DNA of 64,000 nt from Spirochaetota bacterium (GTDB taxonomy: Bacteria; Spirochaetota; Spirochaetia; Treponematales; Rectinemataceae), in assembly GCA_029265615.1 (NCBI GenBank), contig JAJUIB010000008.1, positions 40,256-104,255 on the forward strand. Direction: 5' to 3'. The notes under the pieces were generated by a model. The model did no database searches and had not been told where the DNA came from. It saw only the letters and a list, made by a program, of their open reading frames with translations. Within the stretch, counting starts at the first letter, position 1; every line of letters begins with the position of its first letter. Both the position numbers and the translations under genes were made by a program. Positions 1 through 9,600 of the stretch are shown here, in pieces.

Positions 1-2
1 GT

Positions 3-2543
3 CAGGTCTTTATCGCGAACAACGGCCCCGTCATCGACCGCCTTGCGGTGGGCTCCGACCTCAACAACAATGGAGCGGTCGCGAATCAGGACGGTGTCGA
101 GGAGATCAAGGACTACTACAATCCCCCCCTCGCCATCGATCGGACCGACTACCAGAAGATCAAGAACGGAAAGCTCTACCTCGGCATCGAGGGGAGCGAC
201 CCGAACGGCACGAATCAGGGCGTCAAGCAGATCTTCGTCGACGTCTACGACGCCATGGGGACGACGCGCTTTGGAAACGCCTATACGAGCGCCCTGAATC
301 CGGCTTTGGGCGACGCCGCGGTGACGCTTGTGCCCACCCCCGGCACCGCGCCCTGGACGACGGGCTATGTGGGCGGAGTTGTGGATTACCATCTCAAGGT
401 GACGGTACGCGATGCCGACGACATCAACGTGAGCCGTTGGATCAAGGTGCGCGTACTCAATCCCGCGGATACGACGAAGCCCGTGGTGTCGCTTGAGCCG
501 CTTTCTCAGGCTGACCAAGACCGTAGCAAGGGACACCTCGAACGCAAGGAGGACAACACGGACGCGGTGTGGACGTCGATCAAGGCCGCCTACGGTGGCG
601 ACGACGACCCCAAGGTCTCGGGTGCGCTCGTCATCCGGGGCACGGTCTACGACGATAACCGCATCACCGAAGTTTCCGTCGCTTCCGAGAACAATCCCGC
701 CCCGACCCTTGCAAGCTGGGAGAATGGCCACCTTGTAAGCAAGGTACCATCCTTCACCATCAACACCGAGAGCCTTGGCGAGAACGGGCACACGGTGACC
801 TTTACCTACAGCTGGGACAGCTCGAAGGTGACAGACGTTGCCGGCCTCAATAAGAGCGTCTCCTTTAGCGCAAAAGACGGAGCTACGACGCCCAACGTCG
901 CGGATGCCAAAACACAGCAGGTAGACGTTGTGCCCTATATCACGGCGATTGCGCGGAGCTCTTCGTACAACACTTCAAGGTCGCGCCTCGGCGCCTATGT
1001 CCTTAGGCAGGGAGAAGAGGTCACCTTTACGGGCTTTAACCTCTTTAAGGCGACCACCGATACGGTGAGCTTTACTGGCTCGACGCTTAATCTGCCGTCT
1101 AGCGCGACCTCCACATCCTTCACGGTGACGCTTGCTCAGGCGGCAAAGAGCGGGCCGGTTTACGTGACGGTCAACGGCTACCCCTCGATCAACAACCTCA
1201 ACGACAACACAAAGACCTGGAACTCGGAGGTCGATCCTGCGAACTCAGCCTCGGCGCGGTGGAACGACGATCGCGCCGTGCATGTCTGGAGATCCGATAA
1301 CACACAGACGGGGGCAAACCGCGGCTATTTTACGGGGAGTGTCGATCCCGTATATCCTGCGATGACCATCGATGCTAATGGAACGCTCTATGGGTCGTGG
1401 AGCAATTATGCAACTGCAAATGTGTACTGGGGCACGAACGCGAATGGAGCGAATGTTATCTACCACTCCTATGATCCGCTTGAGCATACCGACATTCACT
1501 ATGGTAGTCGGCCTAATGTCGTTATCAACGCGAACACCTATGGGAACAATACCTGGGATGTTACGGGGGCCGGCGGAACCTATGTGTGGAATGCTCAGGC
1601 GACAGCGGGCAATGAATATTCAGGGACCGCATATAACGGCGTCTACAATGCCGAAGCCCTGTATCACGACAAAAAGCTTATGCAGTTCATTAACCAGCGC
1701 ATTGTTACATCCGGCGATAATATACATATTAGTTATTATGACACCGACACCAGTGCGCTCAAGTACTGGTATCGCCAAAGCGGAAGCAACGGAGCATACA
1801 GCCAGACCTGGATAAACATTGATGGAGGAAGCGATGCTCACGATGGAACGCGCGTGGTTGATGCAGGCGGCACCTCCCGTTCTGCCTCCGCAGGCGAGTT
1901 CTCCGCCATCGACCTCACGCCAGGAACCGGCTATCCGGTCATCGCCTACTACGATGCTGCGAATCAGACGGTAAAGCTTGCGCGTGCCTCTGCGGTGAAT
2001 CCCACCGCGGCGCAGTGGGCGCTTCAGACGGTCATGGCGACGAATGATCTAAATTACAGATACTCAGGGAAGTATATCTCGATGAAAATCGATTCCGCCG
2101 GCTATGTCCACCTTGCTTTCTACCGGAACAGCACGGGCGACCTTATTTACATGAAGTCGACCAACAACCCGACTAATGGCACCACTGCCTATACCTTCGG
2201 GCCGAGCGTCGTCATCGATTCTATCGGTTCCGTCGGCGTGTGGGCTGATCTATCGCTTGACGGGAACAAGCCCGTCATCTCCTATCTTGACTCTTCGATG
2301 GCCAACACTTTCGACGGTCTTAAGCTCGCCTACTACGATCCGGCCCTCGAATCGATCCCAGGAGACACGGCAGGCGAACCAGATACCATCGATGGATGGG
2401 AGACGATGAATGCCGCTCTCGGCTACGAGGTCGAGAATGTGCGAACGAGTGTCGAGTTCGATGTGGGCGACAAGAACTTCTGGTACGCGGCGGTGGGATA
2501 TAGCTCGAGCGACTACTACCGCATCGGCTACTATGTGAAGTGA
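3..2543 (+). CDS. Secreted/surface repeat protein, 5' end outside the window (Ig-like module, IPT/TIG-like module, then beta-propeller-like YYD repeats)
   Basis: The frame is open from base 3 (QVFIANNGPVIDRLAV...), so the GTG at 48 in the ORF track is probably internal. Stop TGA at 2541-2543. Motifs in the translation: VIRGTVYDDNRITEVSV (same module type as the 3624 gene); VDVVPYITAI...VTFTGFNL...VYVTVNG (IPT/TIG-like); repeats ISYYDTDTSALKYWY, VIAYYDAANQTVKLA, LAFYRNSTGDLIYMK, LKLAYYD, RIGYYVK. Confidence 0.6.
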   Translation, partial: QVFIANNGPVIDRLAVGSDLNNNGAVANQDGVEEIKDYYNPPLAIDRTDYQKIKNGKLYLGIEGSDPNGTNQGVKQIFVDVYDAMGTTRFGNAYTSALNPALGDAAVTLVPTPGTAPWTTGYVGGVVDYHLKVTVRDADDINVSRWIKVRVLNPADTTKPVVSLEPLSQADQDRSKGHLERKEDNTDAVWTSIKAAYGGDDDPKVSGALVIRGTVYDDNRITEVSVASENNPAPTLASWENGHLVSKVPSFTINTESLGENGHTVTFTYSWDSSKVTDVAGLNKSVSFSAKDGATTPNVADAKTQQVDVVPYITAIARSSSYNTSRSRLGAYVLRQGEEVTFTGFNLFKATTDTVSFTGSTLNLPSSATSTSFTVTLAQAAKSGPVYVTVNGYPSINNLNDNTKTWNSEVDPANSASARWNDDRAVHVWRSDNTQTGANRGYFTGSVDPVYPAMTIDANGTLYGSWSNYATANVYWGTNANGANVIYHSYDPLEHTDIHYGSRPNVVINANTYGNNTWDVTGAGGTYVWNAQATAGNEYSGTAYNGVYNAEALYHDKKLMQFINQRIVTSGDNIHISYYDTDTSALKYWYRQSGSNGAYSQTWINIDGGSDAHDGTRVVDAGGTSRSASAGEFSAIDLTPGTGYPVIAYYDAANQTVKLARASAVNPTAAQWALQTVMATNDLNYRYSGKYISMKIDSAGYVHLAFYRNSTGDLIYMKSTNNPTNGTTAYTFGPSVVIDSIGSVGVWADLSLDGNKPVISYLDSSMANTFDGLKLAYYDPALESIPGDTAGEPDTIDGWETMNAALGYEVENVRTSVEFDVGDKNFWYAAVGYSSSDYYRIGYYVK

Positions 2544-2561
2544 GGAAGGAGCCTTACGACG

Positions 2562-3527
2562 GTGAAGCAGTCCGGATTCCCTTTGCGCCGCGTCGGAATT
2601 GTGTCGCTGAGCCTCGCGGTGCTCCTTCTTGGCGCCTCGTGCGGCCAAGCCGCCGCACTCCGCGCATCCTCCCGCCCGCTTGCGGCGGCGCTCAAGGATG
2701 CCGCGCTCGATGAGTCGACGCGGCGCTTTCTTGAGGCGGCGCGCGACATCGCAGAGTTTTCCGCAAGCACTTATAGCCTTACCTCTGAGGTAGCTGCGCT
2801 CCGTTACCTTTCGGGCGCGCGGAGCGCTCCCGCCTGGAGGCTTACGGTCGCGCCGCAACGCTCGGTCACGGCGCGGGAAAGCGTTTTTTTCGCGGACAAA
2901 GAGGCGGCGAAGGCGGCGCGCGACAAGGCGGAGCGGAAGGGGGATGCGGCGTTTGTCGAGCCATGGCCGACGCTCAACGTTTTTGGGCTCTCGCCAGGGC
3001 CCCTTGTCGACGCAGATGCCGCGCTTCCGCTCGAGCGGCTCGCCGAGCGCGTTAATTACGAGCTCTTTTACGCCGCCTATGGTAAGCGCGGTGCAAAAGA
3101 GGAGCGTGAAGCCTTTGCGGCCTTCGCCGCGGAGGAGGCGACTGCGGCCTATCTTGCCGCACGGCTTTCGCCCGCCTCTCCGCTCCTCGGGCAGTACCTT
3201 GCGGAAAAGCGCGATGAGCGGACGTTTGCGGCTCTGTTCCGGGACTATAGATCGCGCTTCGAAGGGCTTTATGCGCGCTCGCCCCTCCCTGACGACTGGA
3301 TGAGGATCCGCGAGTTTCTTGCCGAGACCTGGCTTACTGATTATCGGGCGAACTATCCGAACCGCTTTCTCACGAACAGGTACCGTGATTTCGGCAAGAC
3401 GAAGCCAAGCGATGCGGAGCTCGCCGCGTGGCGCGACCCCTTTGCGGGGCGCGATGTCTGGCTTAAGCGCCTTGCCGAATCGGGCGGCGACTTCGCCGCT
3501 TTCGCACGCACGACGCTAAGACGTTAG
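2562..3527 (+). CDS. Putative lipoprotein of unknown function (layout reminiscent of the DUF2265 / predicted-aminopeptidase family, from memory only)
   Basis: GTG start preceded by GGAAGGAG at 2544-2551. The N-terminus MKQSGFPLRRVGIVSLSLAVLLLGASCGQ has a signal peptide and a lipobox-like LLGASC. 321-aa ORF. Confidence 0.6.
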   Translation: MKQSGFPLRRVGIVSLSLAVLLLGASCGQAAALRASSRPLAAALKDAALDESTRRFLEAARDIAEFSASTYSLTSEVAALRYLSGARSAPAWRLTVAPQRSVTARESVFFADKEAAKAARDKAERKGDAAFVEPWPTLNVFGLSPGPLVDADAALPLERLAERVNYELFYAAYGKRGAKEEREAFAAFAAEEATAAYLAARLSPASPLLGQYLAEKRDERTFAALFRDYRSRFEGLYARSPLPDDWMRIREFLAETWLTDYRANYPNRFLTNRYRDFGKTKPSDAELAAWRDPFAGRDVWLKRLAESGGDFAAFARTTLRR

Positions 3528-3623
3528 TGCGTATAGGGGATTGCGGTGCGGGGCCAGCATTTGTCCCCGCGCTCGCCGTCCTCCATCGTGACTAAAGTAC
3601 GAATGATGCGCAAAGGATGATCT

Positions 3624-6600
3624 ATGGATTTCGAGATTCGCCGTTGCCGCAGTTTCCTTCGCTCGGTCGCTGCGTGTGTTTTTTTCGCGCTTTCGCTTTT
3701 CGACGCCGCCGCCCTTGGCCAGAAGGAGCCTCGTCTTGAAAAGGCCGCGGGCCTCGAGGACTGGGAGCATGCCTTCGACATTTCCGCGCTCCCCAAGGGC
3801 AAGTACAACATCGTAGTCGAGGGTCGGGATAAGGCAGGTAACGCGGCGGTTTTCGGGCCAATCAACGTCTACGTCGACCCCGATTCCGATCTTCCCCGCG
3901 TTTCGATCGTCAATCCCCTACCGGGTATGCGGGTGGGGGGTGACCTCAATGTGGTCGGAACCTGCGTCGACGACGACGCGGTTGGCTATGTTGAGGTGAG
4001 CGTCGACGGTGGGGAATTTGTCCGGGCCGAGGGCGGCGAATTTTGGTCGCTCCTTCTTGCAACGAAAAATCTCGCCGATGGGCGGCGTACGGTTGCCGCG
4101 CGCGGCGTCGACGTTAATGGCCTTGCAGGCCCGGTTTCCCGCGTTTTTTTCGATCTTGATCGCGCCAAGCCGCTTGCCGCCGTCGAGGGGCGAGATTCTG
4201 GCTCGCTTGTCTCTGGTTCCGTGCGGCTACAGGGCTCCGTTTATGACGCGAACGGCGTCGCCTTGCTCGAGGCATCGCTCGATGGCGGAAAGACCTTTTC
4301 GCGGCTCGAGCTTAGGCGCGGAAAGGACAAGGAGCGCGCAGGATTCACGCTTCCGCTCGACACGCGCAAATTCCCCGACGGCCCGCTCGTCGTCTGGCTC
4401 AAGAGTGTCGATGGCGTCGGTTCCCGCGGATCGGCGGCCTTTGTGCTTGTGGTGGATAACACAAAGCCGCTGATCGAGATCGCGCTGCCGCGCGAGAGCG
4501 CGGCCGTCAACGGGCGATTTACGCTCGCGGGCGCAGTTCGTGACGCGGTTGGCGTCGCGCGTCTTTCGTACGAGTTTGCAGGCGTGGAAAAGGGGGAGAT
4601 ACCGCTTGTTCCGGGCGACCCCTATTTTGCCAAGGAGCTTGACGCGCGTGCACTCAAGGGCGGCAAGGCCGAGGTAACGCTCATCGCCGAGGATCGTATC
4701 GGCAATGTCACCCGCCGCGTCGTGACGCGCCGCATCGACAATGAGGCCGACAAGCCCGTGGTGCGGCTGTCTTTCCCTGAGCTGGGCGGAAAAGTCGGCC
4801 CCGGCGCCCTTGTCTGGGGAACGATACGCGACGATGACGGCGTCGCAAGTCTGCGATATGCGATCGATGGCGGCGCCCCAGTGGAAATTCCTGCATCGGA
4901 GCACTTCGCCTTCGTCCTGCCCGAGCTTCCTTCCGGGCGCCATACCCTTACGCTTGCGGCGAAGGACGTCGAGGGGCGCTTGGGCGATCCGCTTGTCGTG
5001 CCCTTTCTCGTGGACGCGGGACCCGCCTTTGTGTCATTCACGCGCATTTCGCCTTTCGACGGGAAGGGCGGGGGAGAATCCGAGCGCGATTACGCCCCCG
5101 GCGCCGAGGTGAGGATAGACAGGGGGCTCGCCCTCGACGCACGAGTGCTGTCGCCTAACCCGATCGCCGTGGCTGAATGGTCGGTAAACGGCGGTCCACC
5201 GAGATCTCTTCCCTCCGCAAAATCCGAGGGAGGCGCTTATTCCTACAGGTTACCTCTCGACCGAAGCCTTCCCTACGGGTTTTTGCTTGTTGAGCTTCGC
5301 GTCAAGGACACCTTCGGCAACGAAACCGCAGGCAAGGCGCTTTTGTACGCGGTTAACCTCGGCGCCATCCGCGAGGAGCCGGGATTCATCGTCGACGATC
5401 CGCGTCTTATCGAGGGGATGATACGCCTTTCGGCAAAGGAAGACTTTTCGTTTGCATTTTATGGCGAGGAGCTTGCCGCCCTCCGCCTCGAGCCAGAGAG
5501 CGACCGAGTGGCAGCATCGTTCGAAGGGCGGATTGTCACCGTCTTAGCCCGCGCCGAGGGACGGACAAAACCCACGAAGATCATCGGAACGACGAAGCGC
5601 GGCCATGTCTATGAGACAGGTCCCTATGTGTTTGACTGCGACGCAAGTCCGCCGCGCATCGAAATCGATTCGCCTGCCGACGGCGCATGGTTCAAAGGGA
5701 GATTCGACGTGCGCGGACGCGTCACCGATATAGGCGGCGCGGTTTCATTGCGTATGCGCTTGGGCACTACACAAGATGAGCGCGAGGTCAAAGTCGGCTC
5801 AGACGGACGGTTTTCTCTCATGGTCGAACCTCCGCCCACGTCGGGGCCGGCCATCCTCGAGCTTGTCGCCGAAGATCCATCCGGAAACCGGTCCCGCGCC
5901 TATAGGAGCTACGGTGTCGATGCCGATCCTCCTGAGCTTCGATTTATTTCACCCGAAGCCGGTGCCGATTTACGGGGCCCCGAAGACGTCGCCGCGCTTG
6001 TGGCGGAGGTCTCCGGAGTTGCGCTTGTCGAGTTCGCGGCCGATGGGGAGAACTTCGCCCCCATCGAGCATCGGCCCGAGGGCTTCATCCATCGCGCCGA
6101 TCTCGCCGCGAATCCCAAGGCCGCCTATCGCGTGACCGATCGCGCGGGGAATGTCACGCTGGCCCGCCCCCAGGTCGTTATTGCTAACTCTACGGCGTCT
6201 ATCCCTGCGCTTTCCGAAGTTGCTATCGCGCCTGGCGAGGGCGAGGGCCGCGCCGCGCTTTTGGGGACCTCGGGGCAGCGCAAGGTGGCGCTTACGCTTC
6301 CCGCGCTGGCCGAACCTGAGTTTTTGTCACTCGGCTTCGCCGAGGATCGGGATCCTCCAGAGCGCTTTTCCCGGAGACTTCTTGTCTCCGGAAGCCTTTC
6401 CCTTTCGGGAAAGGTGTCAGGGCGTGCGCCGCTTAAGGCTGTATCATTGAGCCTTGATGGCGGGACAAGTTATGCGCCTTTGTATCAGGCCAAGGATGCG
6501 AAGTCGGCCTTGCCCGAGGTTGCGGTCAAGATCGCCTATGATTCGACAAAAGCGGCAGATGGCGAGGCGCGCTTTGTCATCAGGCTCGAAGATGTCGAGG

Positions 6601-9600
6601 GTAGCGCGCTTTTTGTGCCGCTTTATCTTTTCATCGACAACACGGCGCCCCGCATAACCTTTCTTGCGCCCGATGCTGGCTTTGCAAGCTCTGGCGGCCC
6701 ACTCCTCGTCGTTGCGAAGATCGTTGACGGGCGGGGAGTCTTGACCGCCGATCTTGTACTCGGAGCCGAGCGGCGCGCGCTCCCTGTGTCGGAGGGCGGC
6801 GCCTACTATGCCGCATGGGCTGATCCCCGGCCCGGAACCGGCCAGAAGAACTCTTTGTTTCCAATCGCGCTTTCCGCACGCGACGAAGCGGGCAACGCGG
6901 CCTCCGATGCACGAAGGCTTTCCTACGATCCCCAGATCGATACGCCGCGGATAGAGCTTTCTCTCCCGCCTAGCAATCCGCCTGCGCAAGGAAAGATCTC
7001 TGTGCCGCCCAAGATCGCTCCGGGCGACGCGATAGTCGGGAGCGCCACCGATGACGATGGCCCTGTGCCCGTCTCCCTTTCCTTCGATGCCGCAGAGCCT
7101 GTGCTTTTTCCGCTTGGCGCTTTCGCCCTTCCCTGTCCGGAGCTTGCGCCAGGGCGGCACACACTCAAGATAGTGGCGCGCGATGCTTTGGGGGCCGAGG
7201 CAATCCGTTTAGTCGAGTTATTCGTCTGCGGCCCCGCTCCCACGTTGCGCGATGTCGAAGCGGTGGTCGGTTCGTCGAGAGCCCCGTGGTCTCCCGGCGC
7301 CGAAATCGCCCTTTCTCCGGGCGCGAGCCTCGTAGGCCGTAGCGATTCGCCGAACGGCCTTTCTTTAGTGGAGTTCTCGGTGAATGGCGGCGCCGCGCAG
7401 AAGGCGGCTGTCACGGCGCCCAAGGAAGGCGAGGCCAAGATGGGCGGCACATACTCCTTCTCGGTGCCCCTCCCTGCGGCTCTCCCCTTCGAGCGCTTTA
7501 CGGTTGACGTGGTCGCGCGCGATGGCATCGGGCTGGAAACACGGCGCCGGTACGACTTCCATGCAATTCTCCCGACACTTGCTTCTGCCCATCCCGCCGA
7601 CGACGCCGAGGGGCTTCGCTTCAACGACGCGCGCATTTCGATGGCATCCGGTGTTCCCCGCATCGATGTCGCGCCTGGCGAGCGGCTCATCGGCCGCTGG
7701 AACGGAAGGCCGCTTAGATCCGTTGCGCTCGAGCCTGCAAGCTCCCTGCTTGAGGCCGCATTTGCGGATCGAGCGGTTAGTATCGATGCGCGGGCTGAAG
7801 GGATCGCGCTCGTCTCGGCGGAGGGGAAGGGAGGGCTCAAGCTCGTTCTTGTCACCGTTGACGGTGATCGCTTTGAGTGGGGGCCCTTCTCGGCGTGTGT
7901 CGACGCGTCTTTGCCTGTCTTGACGCTCGAGGGGCCTGAGGACGCCCTGTGGACGAAAGGCGCAACGCGCGTGTGGGGCCGTGCCGAGGATCCAAATGGC
8001 GTTGTCGCGGTCGAGCTTGCGGTAAACGGGGGCCAGGCGGAGCTGCTTGCGCCCCGTCCGGCTTCGAAAGCGCCGCTACCTGCGGCGGGCCGCGGGCAGG
8101 ACACACCCGCGATCCGCGGCGCGAGCCCTGGGATCTCGCTTCCTGTGGCGCCGCAAAGTCCCTCGCAGCCTCCGCGCGGTCCGCTCTCCCTGTACCACTT
8201 TGATATCGAGGCGGCGCTTACGGGCGCTGAGGACGGAGTCGTCCGCCTTGATATTATTGCGCGCGACGCGGCAGGGAAGGAAAGCCGCATAACGCGCTTC
8301 CTCTACAAGGATTCGGCACCGCCTGAACTTTCACTCGTCTTACCGCCCCCTAACGAGCCTGTGAACGGCACGACAACGCTCGTAGGCGAGGCGCGCGATG
8401 GGGGACGGCTTGCGAGCGCTGTTTTTGTCCCGTCGTCCGATGCGACCGCCGAATCCGTCGAGGGGCTTTCCGTCTTCTCCCGCCGTATCGACCTTGCGCG
8501 CATCGCGTATCCTTTTACTGGTGGCGGCTTCCGCGTGAAGGACCGCGCGGGCAACGAGGCCCTCCTTTCTCCCGAGCTCCTCGTCGACAAAGGTCGCGAT
8601 GCGCCCCTTGTCCAAGTGCTCGCGCCCGCGGAACTCGAGGTCGTGCGGCAGGATTTTTCTGTGTCGGGAACCGCCCTCGATGACGACGGCGTTGCCGCAC
8701 TGTGGTGGCGGCTCGACGGCGGCGCCTGGACTCGCATTGAACCTACTGGCGCGGGCTTTGACGTGCGGTTCTCTCTTGCCGCGACCGAGGACAACGAACG
8801 GCTTTTTGAGATATTCGCCGAGGACATCTACGGCGTGAAGGGCGAGGTGGCTGCGAGGCGCTTCCGCGTGTCGCGTGAGGAGCCTGTGGCGCGCATGACC
8901 TCACCCTCGATTGACAAGCCCCGCCGCGGCCTTGTGCGGCTTGAGGGCGATTCCACGGATGCGAATGGAATTGCATCCGTCGGCGTCTCCTTCGACAATG
9001 TGACGAGTTTTGACCTCGCCCGCGGTGCCGAGTTCTGGAGCTATCCGCTCGACACGCGCGTCCTTTCCGACGGACTCCACGCGATCGCCGTTAAACCCGT
9101 CGACAGGTACGACACCGAGGGCTTCTACGCGACCATTCTCGGCGTCGACAACACGCCGCCGCGCGCCGAACTTTCGCTACCTGAGGACGGCGAGCTCTGC
9201 TACGGCAGGATGCTTGCAAGCGGCCGTGTGTCGGACAACGTGGGACTTGCGTCCGCGCGGATCGAAATCGCGCCGATCGGACGCGACAAACCGCCGCTCC
9301 TTTCTATCGATCTCGGGGCCGCGCGCGTTGTGCGGCGCGAGCTCGACCTGTCAAGCCTGCCGCCGGGTGGCTATTCGGTGCGCCTTATCGCCCGAGACCG
9401 GGCGGACAATGAGACGATGGCGAGCCGGGACATCGTGCTCGCCTCTAGCGGCCCCCTCGACAGCGTGGACATTCTGTTCCCGTCCGATGGCGAACGGGTA
9501 AGAGGCAGGGCCCGCGTGCATGGGCGCGCGCGCATCGAGGGCGGCGCGAGCACCGTCACGCTGTTTGCTGGCGGCGTCGACTTAGGCTCGGCGCCGCTCG

